Of a stretch of 64,000 nucleotides of DNA, positions 20,590 through 34,947 are shown one piece after another. The stretch is taken from NCBI GenBank assembly GCA_046563655.1, contig JAJCTO010000009.1, forward strand, positions 186,001-250,000, read 5' to 3'. The notes under the pieces are model-generated. The model did not search any database. It was not told where the DNA came from and worked only from the letters and a program-made list of their open reading frames with translations. Source of the stretch: Yuukianura sp. NJ FZ-2021 (lineage: Eukaryota). Numbering within the stretch: the first letter of the stretch is position 1; each line of letters opens with the position of its first letter. Position numbers and translations under genes: made by a program.

Positions 20590-23500
20590 GTACCAATGTC
20601 AAGTTTTGACAAAAAAATCCATTTTTTTCATTAAAAACTCCCCAAAAAGTCACTCTGAGCTATCTGAGAAGTGAAAATTTCAAACCGATAATATTCTTCT
20701 GAAAGCCCATATGAAGTGTACCAATGTCAAGTTTTGACCAAAAAATCCATTTTTTTCATTAAAAACTCCCCAAAAATCACTCTGGCCAATCTCAGAAGTG
20801 AAAATTTCAAGACGATAATATGCTTCTGAAAGCCAATCTGAAGTGAACCAATCTCAATTTTTGTCAAAAAAATCACTCTTTTTCATTAAAAACTCACCAA
20901 AAAATCACTCTGGGCTATCTGAGAAGTGAAAATTTCAAACCGATACTATGCTTCTGAAAGCCCATATGAAGTGTACCAATGTCAAGTTTTGACAAAAAAA
21001 TCCATTTTTTTCATTAAAAACTCACCAAAAAATCACTCTGGGCTATCTGAGAAGTGAAAATTTCAAACCGATACTATGCTTCTGAAAGCCCATATGAAGT
21101 GTACCAATGTCAAGTTTTGACAAAAAAATCCATTTTTTTCATTAAAAACTCCCCAAAAAGTCACTCTGGGCTATCTGAGAAGTGAAAATTTCAAACCGAT
21201 AATATTCTTCTGAAAGCCCATATGAAGTGTACCAATGTCAAGTTTTGACAAAAAAAATCCATTTTTTTCATTAAAAACTCCCCAAAAAATCACTCTGGGC
21301 TGTCTGAGAAGTGAAAATTTCAAACCGATACTATGCTTCTGAAAGCCCATATGAAGTGTACCAATGTCAAGTTTTGTCAAAAAAATCCATTTTTTTCATT
21401 AAAAACTGCCCAAAAAGTCACTCTGGCCAATCTCAGAGTTGAAAATTTCAAACCGATACTATGCTTCTGAAAGCCCATATGAAGTGTACCAATGTCAAGT
21501 TTTGACAAAAAAATCCATTTTTTTCATTAAAAACTCCCCAAAAAATCACTCTGGGCTGTCTGAGAAGTGAAAATTTCAAACCGATACTATGCTTCTGAAA
21601 GCTCATATGAAGTGTACCAATGTCAAGTTTTGACCAAAAAATCCATTTTTTTCATTAAAAACTCCCCAAAAATCACTCTGGCCAATCTCAGAAGTGAAAA
21701 TTTCAAGCCGATAATATGCTTCTGAAAGCCAATCTGAAGTGAACCAATCTCAATTTTTGTCAAAAAAATCATTTTTTTTCATTAAAAACTCACCAAAAAA
21801 TCACTCTGGGCTATCTGAGAAGTGAAAATTTCAAACCGATACTATGCTTCTGAAAGCCCATATGAAGTGTACCAATGTCAAGTTTTGACAAAAAAAAATC
21901 CATTTTTTTCATTAAAAACTCCCCAAAAAATCACTCTGGGCTGTCTGAGAAGTGAAAATTTCAAACCGATACTATGCTTCTGAAAGCTCATATGAAGTGT
22001 ACCAATGTCAAGTTTTGACCAAAAAATCCATTTTTTTCAGTAAAAACTCCCCAAAAATCACTCTGGCCAATCTCAGAAGTGAAAATTTCAAGCCGATAAT
22101 ATGCTTCTGAAAGCCAATCTGAAGTGAACCAATCTCAATTTTTGTCAAAAAAATCATTTTTTCATTAAAAACTCACCAAAAAATCACTCTGGGCTATCTG
22201 AGAAGTGAAAATTTCAAACCGATACTATGCTTCTGAAAGCCCATATGAAGTGTACCAATGTCAAGTTTTGACAAAAAAAATCCATTTTTTTCATTAAAAA
22301 CTCCCCAAAAAATCACTCTGGGCTGTCTGAGAAGTGAAAATTTCAAACCGATACTATGCTTCTGAAAGCTCATATGAAGTGTACCAATGTCAAGTTTTGA
22401 CCAAAAAATCCATTTTTTTCATTAAAAACTCCCCAAAAATCACTCTGGCCAATCTCAGAAGTGAAAATTTCAAGCCGATAATATGCTTCTGAAAGCCAAT
22501 CTGAAGTGAACCAATCTCAATTTTTGTCAAAAAAATCATTTTTTTTTCATTAAAAACTCACCAAAAAATCACTCTGGGCTATCTGAGAAGTGAAAATTTC
22601 AAACCGATACTATGCTTCTGAAAGCCCATATGAAGTGTACCAATGTCAAGTTTTGTCAAAAAAATCCATTTTTTTCATTAAAAACTGCCCAAAAAGTCAC
22701 TCTGGCCAATCTCAGAGTTGAAAATTTCAAACCGATACTATGCTTCTGAAAGCCCATATGAAGTGTACCAATGTCAAGTTTTGACAAAAAAATCCATTTT
22801 TTTCATTAAAAACTCCCCAAAAAATCACTCTGGGCTGTCTGAGAAGTGAAAATTTCAAACCGATACTATGCTTCTGAAAGCTCATATGAAGTGTACCAAT
22901 GTCAAGTTTTGACCAAAAAATCCATTTTTTTCATTAAAAACTCCCCAAAAATCACTCTGGCCAATCTCAGAAGTGAAAATTTCAAGCCGATAATATGCTT
23001 CTGAAAGCCAATCTGAAGTGAACCAATCTCAATTTTTGTCAAAAAAATCATTTTTTTTTCATTAAAAACTCACCAAAAAATCACTCTGGGCTATCTGAGA
23101 AGTGAAAATTTCAAACCGATACTATGCTTCTGAAAGCCCATATGAAGTGTACCAATGTCAAGTTTTGACAAAAAAATCCATTTTTTTCATTAAAAACTCC
23201 CCAAAAAATCACTCTGGGCTGTCTGAGAAGTGAAAATTTCAAACCGATACTATGCTTCTGAAAGCTCATATGAAGTGTACCAATGTCAAGTTTTGACCAA
23301 AAAATCCATTTTTTTCAGTAAAAACTCCCCAAAAATCACTCTGGCCAATCTCAGAAGTGAAAATTTCAAGCCGATAATATGCTTCTGAAAGCCAATCTGA
23401 AGTGAACCAATCTCAATTTTTGTCAAAAAAATCAATATTTTTCATTAAAAACTCACCAAAAAATCACTCTGGGCTATCTGAGAAGTGAAAATTTCAAACC

Positions 23501-26500
23501 GATACTATGCTTCTGAAAGCCCATATGAAGTGTACCAATGTCAAGTTTTGACAAAAAAAAATCCATTTTTTTCATTAAAAACTCCCCAAAAAATCACTCT
23601 GGGCTGTCTGAGAAGTGAAAATTTCAAACCGATACTATGCTTCTGAAAGCTCATATGAAGTGTACCAATGTCAAGTTTTGACCAAAAAATCCATTTTTTT
23701 CATTAAAAACTCCCCAAAAATCACTCTGGCCAATCTCAGAAGTGAAAATTTCAAGCCGATAATATGCTTCTGAAAGCCAATCTGAAGTGAACCGATCTCA
23801 ATTTTTGTCAAAAAAATCATTTTTTTTCATTAAAAACTCCCCAAAAAATTCAGTCTAGGATATCTCAGAAGTGAAAATTTCAAAACGATACTATGCTTCT
23901 GAAAGCCCATATGAAGTGTACCAATGTCAAGTTTTGACAAAAAAATCCATTTTTTTCATTAAAAACTCCCCAAAAAATCACTCTGGGCTGTCTGAGAAGT
24001 GAAAATTTCAAACCGATACTATGCTTCTGAAAGCTCATATGAAGTGTACCAATGTCAAGTTTTGACCAAAAAATCCATTTTTTTCAGTAAAAACTCCCCA
24101 AAAATCACTCTGGCCAATCTCAGAAGTGAAAATTTCAAGCCGATAATATGCTTCTGAAAGCCAATCTGAAGTGAACCAATCTCAATTTTTGTCAAAAAAA
24201 TCAATTTTTTCATTAAAAACTCACCAAAAAATCACTCTGGGCTATCTGAGAAGTGAAAATTTCAAACCGATACTATGCTTCTGAAAGCCCATATGAAGTG
24301 TACCAATGTCAAGCTTTGACAAAAAAATCCATTTTTTTCATTAAAAACTCCCCAAAAAATCACTCTGGGCTGTCTGAGAAGTGAAAATTTCAAACCGATA
24401 CTATGCTTCTGAAAGGCCATATGAAGTGTACCAATGTCAAGTTTTGACCAAAAAATCCATTTTTTTCATTAAAAACTCCCCAAAAATCACTCTGGCCAAT
24501 CTCAGAAGTGAAAATTTCAAGCCGATAATATGCTTCTGAAAGCCAATCTGAAGTGAACCAATCTCAATTTTTGTCAAAAAAATCCATTTTTTTCATTAAA
24601 AACTCACCAAAAAATCACTCTGGGCTATCTGAGAAGTGAAAATTTCAAACCGATACTATGCTTCTGAAAGCCCATATGAAGTGTACCAATGTCAAGCTTT
24701 GACAAAAAAAAATCCATTTTTTTCATTAAAAACTCCCCAAAAAATCACTCTGGGCTGTCTGAGAAGTGAAAATTTCAAACCAATACTATGCTTCTGAAAG
24801 GCCATATGAAGTGTACCAATGTCAAGTTTTGACCAAAAAATCCATTTTTTTCATTAAAAACTCCCCAAAAATCACTCTGGCCAATCTCAGAAGTGAAAAT
24901 TTCAAGCCGATAATATGCTTCTGAAAGCCAATCTGAAGTGAACCAATCTCAATTTTTGTCAAAAAAATCCATTTTTTTCATTAAAAACTCACCAAAAAAT
25001 CACTCTGGGCTATCTGAGAAGTGAAAATTTCAAACCGATACTATGCTTCTGAAAGCCCATATGAAGTGTACCAATGTCAAGTTTTGACAAAAAAATCCAT
25101 TTTTTTCATTAAAAACTCCCCAAAAAGTCACTCTGAGCTATCTGAGAAGTGAAAATTTCAAACCGATAATATTCTTCTGAAAGCCCATATGAAGTGTACC
25201 AATGTCAAGTTTTGACCAAAAAATCCATTTTTTTCATTAAAAACTCCCCAAAAATCACTCTGGCCAATCTCAGAAGTGAAAATTTCAAGACGATAATATG
25301 CTTCTGAAAGCCAATCTGAAGTGAACCAATCTCAATTTTTGTCAAAAAAATCACTCTTTTTCATTAAAAACTCACCAAAAAATCACTCTGGGCTATCTGA
25401 GAAGTGAAAATTTCAAACCGATACTATGCTTCTGAAAGCCCATATGAAGTGTACCAATGTCAAGTTTTGACAAAAAAATCCATTTTTTTCATTAAAAACT
25501 CACCAAAAAATCACTCTGGGCTATCTGAGAAGTGAAAATTTCAAACCGATACTATGCTTCTGAAAGCCCATATGAAGTGTACCAATGTCAAGTTTTGACA
25601 AAAAAATCCATTTTTTTCATTAAAAACTCCCCAAAAAGTCACTCTGGGCTATCTGAGAAGTGAAAATTTCAAACCGATAATATTCTTCTGAAAGCCCATA
25701 TGAAGTGTACCAATGTCAAGTTTTGACAAAAAAAATCCATTTTTTTCATTAAAAACTCCCCAAAAAATCACTCTGGGCTGTCTGAGAAGTGAAAATTTCA
25801 AACCGATACTATGCTTCTGAAAGCCCATATGAAGTGTACCAATGTCAAGTTTTGTCAAAAAAATCCATTTTTTTCATTAAAAACTGCCCAAAAAGTCACT
25901 CTGGCCAATCTCAGAGTTGAAAATTTCAAACCGATACTATGCTTCTGAAAGCCCATATGAAGTGTACCAATGTCAAGTTTTGACAAAAAAATCCATTTTT
26001 TTCATTAAAAACTCCCCAAAAAATCACTCTGGGCTGTCTGAGAAGTGAAAATTTCAAACCGATACTATGCTTCTGAAAGCTCATATGAAGTGTACCAATG
26101 TCAAGTTTTGACCAAAAAATCCATTTTTTTCATTAAAAACTCCCCAAAAATCACTCTGGCCAATCTCAGAAGTGAAAATTTCAAGCCGATAATATGCTTC
26201 TGAAAGCCAATCTGAAGTGAACCAATCTCAATTTTTGTCAAAAAAATCATTTTTTTTCATTAAAAACTCACCAAAAAATCACTCTGGGCTGTCTGAGAAG
26301 TGAAAATTTCAAACCGATACTATGCTTCTGAAAGCCCATATGAAGTGTACCAATGTCAAGTTTTGACAAAAAAAATCCATTTTTTTCATTAAAAACTCCC
26401 CAAAAAGTCACTCTGGCCAATCTCAGAAGTGAAAATTTCAAGCCGATAATATGCTTCTGAAAGCCAATCTGAAGTGAACCAATCTCAATTTTTGTCAAAA

Positions 26501-29500
26501 AAATCATTTTTTTTTCATTAAAAACTCACCAAAAAATCACTCTGGGCTATCTGAGAAGTGAAAATTTCAAACCGATACTATGCTTCTGAAAGCCCATATG
26601 AAGTGTACCAATGTCAAGTTTTGACAAAAAAATCCATTTTTTTCATTAAAAACTCCCCAAAAAATCACTCTGGGCTGTCTGAGAAGTGTAAATTTCAAAC
26701 CGATACTATGCTTCTGAAAGCCCATATGAAGTGTACCAATGTCAAGTTTTGACCAAAAAATCCATTTTTTTCATTAAAAACTCCCCAAAAATCACTCTGG
26801 CCAATCTCAGAAGTGAAAATTTCAAGCCGATAATATGCTTCTGAAAGCCAATCTGAAGTGAACCAATCTCAAGTTTTGTCAAAAAAATCCATTTTTTTCA
26901 TTAAAAGCTCCCCAAAAAGTCACTCTGTGCTATCTGAGAAGTGAACATTTCAAACCGATACTATGCTTCTGAAAGCCCATCTGAAGTGAACCAATGTCAA
27001 GTTTTGTCAAAAAAGATACATTTTTTTCACTAAAAACTCCCCAAAAAGTCACTCTGGCCAATCTCAGAGTTGAAAATTTCAAACCGATACTTTGATTCTG
27101 AAAGCCAATCTGAAGTGAACCAATCTCAATTTTTGTCAAAAAAATCATTTTTTTTTCATTAAAAACTCACCAAAAAATCACTCTGGGCTATCTGAGAAGT
27201 GAAAATTTCAAACCGATACTATGCTTCTGAAAGCCCATATGAAGTGTACCAATGTCAAGCTTTGACAAAAAAAAATCCATTTTTTTCATTAAAAACTCAC
27301 CAAAAAATCACTCTGGGCTGTCTGAGAAGTGAAAATTTCAAACCGATACTATGCTTCTGAAAGCCCATATGAAGTGTACCAATGTCAAGTTTTGACAAAA
27401 AAATCCATTTTTTTCATTAAAAACTCCCCAAAAAGTCACTCTGGGCTATCTCAGAAGTGAAAATTTCAAACCGATACTATGCTTCTGAAAGCCAATCTGA
27501 AGTGAACCAATCTCAATTTTTGTCAAAAAAAAATCACTTTTTTTTCATTAAAAACTCACCAAAAAATCACTCTGGGCTATCTGAGAAGTGAAAATTTCAA
27601 ACCGATACTATGCTTCTGAAAGCCCATATGAAGTGTACCAATGTCAAGTTTTGACAAAAAAAAATCCATTTTTTTTCATTAAAAACTCCCCAAAAAATCA
27701 CTCTGGGCTGTCTGAGAAGTGAAAATTTCAAACCGATACTATGCTTGTGAAAGCCCATCTGAAGTGTTCCAATGTCAAGTTTTGACAAAAAAATCCATTT
27801 TTTTCATTAAAAACTCCCCAAAAATCACTCTGGCCAATCTCAGAAGTGAAAATTTCAAGCCGATAATATGCTTCTGAAAGCGAATCTGAAGTGAACCAAT
27901 CTCAATTTTTGTCAAAAAAATCATTTTTTTTTCATTAAAAACTCACCAAAAAATCACTCTGGGCTATCTGAGAAGTGAAAATATCAAACCGATAATATGC
28001 CTCTGAAAGCCAATCTGAAGTGAACCAATGTCAAGTTTTGTCAAAAAAATCCATTTTTTTCATTAAAAACTGCCCAAAAAGTCACTCTGGCCAATCTCAG
28101 AGTTGAAAATTTCAAACCGATACTTTGATTCTGAAAGCCAATCTGAAGTGAACCAATCTCAATTTTTGTCAAAAAAATCATTTTTTTTTCATTAAAAACT
28201 CACCAAAAAATCACTCTGGGCTATCTGAGAAGTGAAAATTTCAAACCGATACTATGCTTCTGAAAGCCCATATGAAGTGTACCAATGTCAAGCTTTGACA
28301 AAAAAATCCATTTTTTTCATTAATAACTCCCCAAAAAATCACTCTGGGCTGTCTGAGAAGTGAAAATTTCAAACCAATACTATGCTTCTGAAAGGCCATA
28401 TGAAGTGTACCAATGTCAAGTTTTGACCAAAAAATCCATTTTTTTCATTAAAAACTCCCCAAAAATCACTCTGGCCAATCTCAGAAGTGAAAATTTCAAG
28501 CCGATAATATGCTTCTGAAAGCCAATCTGAAGTGAACCAATCTCAATTTTTGTCAAAAAAATCAATTTTTTTCATTAAAAACTCACCAAAAAATCACTCT
28601 GGGCTATCTGAGAAGTGAAAATTTCAAACCGATACTATGCTTCTGAAAGCCCATATGAAGTGTACCAATGTCAAGTTTTGACAAAAAAATCCATTTTTTT
28701 CATTAAAAACTCCCCAAAAAGTCACTCTGAGCTATCTGAGAAGCGAAAATTTCAAACCGATAATATTCTTCTGAAAGCCCATATGAAGTGTACCAATGTC
28801 AAGTTTTGACCAAAAAATCCATTTTTTTCATTAAAAACTCCCCAAAAATCACTCTGGCCAATCTCAGAAGTGAAAATTTCAAGACGATAATATGCTTCTG
28901 AAAGTCAATCTGAAGTGAACCAATCTCAATTTTTGTCAAAAAAATCACTCTTTTTCATTAAAAACTGCCCAAAAAGTCACTCTGGCCAATCTCAGAGTTG
29001 AAAATTTCAAACCGATACTATGCTTCTGAAAGCCCATATGAAGTGTACCAATGTCAAGTTTTGACAAAAAAAAATCCATTTTTTTCATTAAAAACTCCCC
29101 AAAAAATCACTCTGGGCTGTCTGAGAAGTGAAAATTTCAAACCGATACTATGCTTCTGAAAGCTCATATGAAGTGTACCAATGTCAAGTTTTGACCAAAA
29201 AATCCATTTTTTTCATTAAAAACTCCCCAAAAATCACTCTGGCCAATCTCAGAAGTGAAAATTTCAAGCCGATAATATGCTTCTGAAAGCCAATCTGAAG
29301 TGAACCAATCTCAATTTTTGTCAAAAAAATACATTTTTTCATTAAAAACTCACCAAAAAATCACTCTGGGCTATCTGAGAAGTGAAAATTTCAAACCGAT
29401 ACTATGCTTCTGAAAGCCCATATGAAGTGTACCAATGTCAAGTTTTGACAAAAAAATCCATTTTTTTCATTAAAAACTCCCCAAAAAATCACTCTGGGCT

Positions 29501-32500
29501 GTCTGAGAAGTGAAAATTTCAAACCGATACTATGCTTCTGAAAGCTCATATGAAGTGTACCAATGTCAAGTTTTGACCAAAAAATCCATTTTTTTCATTA
29601 AAAACTCCCCAAAAATCACTCTGGCCAATCTCAGAAGTGAAAATTTCAAGCCGATAATATGCTTCTGAAAGCCAATCTGAAGTGAACCAATCTCAATTTT
29701 TGTCAAAAAAATCACTTTTTTTTCATTAAAAACTCCACAAAAAATCATTCTGGCCAATGTCAGAAGTGAAAATTTCAAACCGATACTATGCTTCTGAAAG
29801 CCCATATGAAGTGTACCAATGTCAAGCTTTGACAAAAAAAATCCATTTTTTTCATTAAAAACTCCCCAAAAAATCACTCTGGGCTGTCTGAGAAGTGAAA
29901 ATTTCAAACCAATACTATGCTTCTGAAAGGCCATATGAAGTGTACCAATGTCAAGTTTTGACCAAAAAATCCATTTTTTTCATTAAAAACTCCCCAAAAA
30001 TCACTCTGGCCAATCTCAGAAGTGAAAATTTCAAGCCGATAATATGCTTCTGAAAGCCAATCTGAAGTGAACCAATCTCGATTTTTGTCAAAAAAATCAT
30101 TTTTTTTCATTAAAAACTCCACAAAAAATCATTCTGGCCAATGTCAGAAGTGAAAATTTCAAACCGATACTATGCTTCTGAAAGCCCATATGAAGTGTAC
30201 CAGTGTCAAGTTTTGTCAAAAAAATCCATTTTTTTCATTAACAACTCCCCAAAAGTCACTCTTGGCTATCTGAGAAGTGAAAATTTCAAACCGATAATAT
30301 GCTTCTGAAAGCCAATCTGAAGTGAACCAATGTCAAGTTTTGACCAAAAAATCCATTTTTTTCATTAAAAACTCCCCAAAAATCACTCTGGCCAATCTCA
30401 GAAGTGAAAATTTCAAGACGATAATATGCTTCTGAAAGCCAATCTGAAGTGAACCAATCTCAATTTTTGTCAAAAAAATCACTCTTTTTCATTAAAAACT
30501 CACCAAAAAATCACTCTGGGCTATCTGAGAAGTGAAAATTTCAAACCGATACTATGCTTCTGAAAGCCCATATGAAGTGTACCAATGTCAAGTTTTGACA
30601 AAAAAATCCATTTTTTTCATTAAAAACTCACCAAAAAATCACTCTGGGCTATCTGAGAAGTGAAAATTTCAAACCGATACTATGCTTCTGAAAGCCCATA
30701 TGAAGTGTACCAATGTCAAGTTTTGACAAAAAAATCCATTTTTTTCATTAAAAACTCCCCAAAAAGTCACTCTGGGCTATCTGAGAAGTGAAAATTTCAA
30801 ACCGATAATATGCTTCTGAAAGCCCATATGAAGTGTACCAATGTCAAGTTTTGACAAACAAAATCCATTTTTTTCATTAAAAACTCCCCAAAAAGTCACT
30901 CTGGCCAATCTCAGAGTTGAAAATTTCAAACCGATACTATGCTTCTGAAAGCCCATATGAAGTGTACCAATGTCAAGTTTTGACAAAAAAAATCCATTTT
31001 TTTCATTAAAAACTCCCCAAAAAATCACTCTGGGCTGTCTGAGAAGTGAAAATTTCAAACCGATACTATGCTTCTGAAAGCTCATATGAAGTGTACCAAT
31101 GTCAAGTTTTGTCAAAAAAATCCATTTTTTTCATTAACAACTCCCCAAAAGTCACTCTTGGCTATCTGAGAAGTGAAAATTTCAAACCGATAATATGCTT
31201 CTGAAAGCCAATCTGAAGTGAACCAATCTCAATTTTTGTCAAAAAAAAATCACTTTTTTTTCATTAAAAACTCCCCAAAAAATCATTCTGGGCTATGTCA
31301 GAAGTGAAAATTTCAAACCGATACTATGCTTCTGAAAGCCCATATGAAGTGTACCAATGTCAAGTTTTGACAAAAAAATCCATTTTTTTCATTAAAAACT
31401 CCCCAAAAAATCACTCTGGGCTGTCTGAGAAGTGAAAATTTCAAACCGATACTATGCTTCTGAAAGCTCATATGAAGTGTACCAGTGTCAAGTTTTGTCA
31501 AAAAAATCCATTTTTTTCATTAAAAACTCCCCAAAAAATCACTCTGGGCTATCTGAGAAGTGAAAATTTCAAACCGATAATATGCTTCTGAAAGCCAATC
31601 TGAAGTGAACCAATCTCAATTTTTGTCAAAAAAATCCATTTTTTCATTAAAAACTCCCCAAAAAATCACTCTGGGCTATCTGAGAAGTGAAAATTTCAAA
31701 CCGATACTATGCTTCTGAAAGCCCATATGAAGTGTACCAATGTCAAGCTTTGACAAAAAAAAATCCATTTTTTTCATTAAAAACTCCCCAAAAAATCACT
31801 CTGGGCTGTCTGAGAAGTGAAAATTTCAAACCGATACTATGCTTCTGAAAGGCCATATGAAGTGTACCAGTGTCAAGTTTTGTCAAAAAAATCCATTTTT
31901 TTCATTAACAACTCCCCAAAAGTCACTCTTGGCTATCTGAGAAGTGAAAATTTCAAACCGATAATATGCTTCTGAAAGCCAATCTGAAGTGAACCGATCT
32001 CAATTTTTGTCAAAAAAATCATTTTTTTTCATTAAAAACTCCCCAAAAAATTCAGTCTAGGATATCTCAGAAGTGAAAATTTCAAAACGATACTATGCTT
32101 CTGAAAGCCCATATGAAGTGTACCAATGTCAAGTTTTGACAAAAAAATCCATTTTTTTCATTAAAAGCTCCCCAAAAAGTCACTCTGTGCTATCTGAGAA
32201 GTGAAAATTTCAAACCGATAATATTCTTCTGAAAGCCCATATGAAGTGTACCAATGTCAAGTTTTGACCAAAAAATCCATTTTTTTCATTAAAAACTCCC
32301 CAAAAATCACTCTGGCCAATCTCAGAAGTGAAAATTTCAAGACGATACTATGCTTCTGAAAGCCAATCTGAACTGAACCAATCTCAATTTTTGTCAAAAA
32401 AAAAATCACTTTTTTTTCATTAAAAACTCCCCAAAAATCACTCTGGCCAATCTCAGAAGTGAAAATTTCAAGCCGATAATATGCTTCTGAAAGCCAATCT

Positions 32501-33770
32501 GAAGTGAACCAATCTCAATTTTTGTCAAAAAAATCATTTTTTTTTTCATTAAAAACTCACCAAAAAATCACTCTGGGCTATCTGAGAAGTGAAAATTTCA
32601 AACCGATACTATGCTTCTGAAAGCCCATATGAAGTGTACCAATGTCAAGTTTTGACAAAAAAATCCATTTTTTTCATTAAAAACTCCCCAAAAAATCACT
32701 CTGGGCTGTCTGAGAAGTGAAAATTTCAAACCGATACTATGCTTCTGAAAGCTCATATGAAGTGTACCAATGTCAAGTTTTGACCAAAAAATCCATTTTT
32801 TTCAGTAAAAACTCCCCAAAAATCACTCTGGCCAATCTCAGAAGTGAAAATTTCAAGCCGATAATATGCTTCTGAAAGCCAATCTGAAGTGAACCAATCT
32901 CAATTTTTGTCAAAAAAATCATTTTTTTTCATTAAAAACTCACCAAAAAATCACTCTGGGCTATCTGAGAAGTGAAAATTTCAAACCGATACTATGCTTC
33001 TGAAAGCCCATATGAAGTGTACCAATGTCAAGCTTTGACAAAAAAAAATCCATTTTTTTCATTAAAAACTCCCCAAAAAATCACTCTGGGCTGTCTGAGA
33101 AGTGAAAATTTCAAACCGATACTATGCTTCTGAAAGGCCATATGAAGTGTACCAATGTCAAGTTTTGACCAAAAAATCCATTTTTTTCATTAAAAACTCC
33201 CCAAAAATCACTCTGGCCAATCTCAGAAGTGAAAATTTCAAGCCGATAATATGCTTCTGAAAGCCAATCTGAAGTGAACCAATCTCAATTTTTGTCAAAA
33301 AAATCATTTTTTTTTCATTAAAAACTCACCAAAAAATCACTCTGGGCTATCTGAGACGTGAAAATTTCAAACCGATAATATTCTTCTGAAAGCCCATATG
33401 AAGTGTACCAATGTCAAGTTTTGACCAAAAAATCCATTTTTTTCATTAAAAACTCCCCAAAAATCACTCTGGCCAATCTCAGAAGTGAAAATTTCAAGAC
33501 GATAATATGCTTCTGAAAGCCAATCTGAAGTGAACCAATCTCAATTTTTGTCAAAAAAATCACTCTTTTTCATTAAAAACTCACCAAAAAATCACTCTGG
33601 GCTATCTGAGAAGTGAAAATTTCAAACCGATACTATGCTTCTGAAAGCCCATATGAAGTGTACCAATGTCAAGTTTTGACAAAAAAATCCATTTTTTTCA
33701 TTAAAAACTCCCCAAAAAATCACTCTGGGGTGTCTGAGAAGTGAAAATTTCAAACCGATACTATGCTTCT
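20590..33770 (+). repeat. 128-bp satellite array, subtype A (continuation)
   Basis: Resumes in register at GTACC-AATGTCAAG with the same monomer variants as 784-6633. Confidence 0.98.
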
Positions 33771-34947
33771 GAAAGCCCAAAAAGTCATTCTGGCCAATCT
33801 CAGAATTGAAAATTTCAAACGAAGTTATGCTTCTGAAAGCCCATCTGAAGTGTTCCAAGCTCAATTTTTCTCCGTGAAATCCATTTTTTTCATTTAAAAC
33901 TCACCAAAAAGTCATTCTGGGCTATCTGAGGAGTCAAAACTGCAAACCGAAATTATGCTTGTGAAAGCCCATTTGAAGTGTTCCAGACTCAATTTTTCAC
34001 CAAAAAATCATTTTTTTTTCATTAAATACTCTGCTTCTGAAAGTCCATATGAAGTGTACCAATGTCAAGTTTTGACAAAAAAATCCATTTTTTTCATTAA
34101 AAACTCCCCAAAAAATCACTCTGGGCTGTCTGAGAAGTGAAAATTTCAAACCGATACTATGCTTCTGAAAGCCCATATGAAGTGTACCAATGTCAAGTTT
34201 TGTCAAAAAAATCCACTTTTTCATTAAAAACTCCCCAAAAAGTCATTCTGGCCAATCTCAGAATTGAAAATTTCAAACGAAGTTATGCTTCTGAAAGCCC
34301 ATCTGAAGTGTTCCAAGCTCAATTTTTCTCCGTGAAATCCATTTTTTTCATTTAAAACTCACCAAAAAGTCATTCTGGGCTATCTGAGGAGTCAAAACTG
34401 CAAACCGAAATTATGCTTGTGAAAGCCCATTTGAAGTGTTCCAGACTCAATTTTTCACCAAAAAATCATTTTTTTTCATTAAATACTCTTCAAAAAGTCA
34501 TTCTGGGATATCTGAGATGTCAAAATTGCAAAACGAAATTATGCTTGTGAAAGCCCATCTGAAGTGTTCCAAGCTCAATTTTCTTCGAGAAATCCATTTT
34601 TTTTCATTTAAAACTCACCAAAAAGTCATTCTGGGCTATCTGAGGAGTCAAAACTGCAAACCGAAATTATGCTTGTGAAAGCCCATCTGAAGTGTTCCAG
34701 ACTCAATTTTTCACCAAAAAATCATTTTTTTCATTAAATACTCTTCAAAAAGTCATTCTGGGCTATCTGAGATGTCAAAATTGCAAAACGAAATTATGCT
34801 TGTGAAAGCCAATCTGAAGTGTTCCAAGCTAAATTTTTCTCCGAAAAATCCATTTTTTTTCATTAAAAACTCCCCAAAAAGTCATTCTGGCCAATCTCAG
34901 AATTGAAAATTTCAAACCGATACTATGCTTCTGAAAGCCCATATGAA
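33771..34947 (+). repeat. 128-bp satellite, A/B mosaic
   Basis: First appearance of B diagnostics (GAGGAGTCAAAA, GAAATTATGCTTGTG, GTTCCAAGCTCAA) interleaved with A monomers and deleted monomers. Confidence 0.95.
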
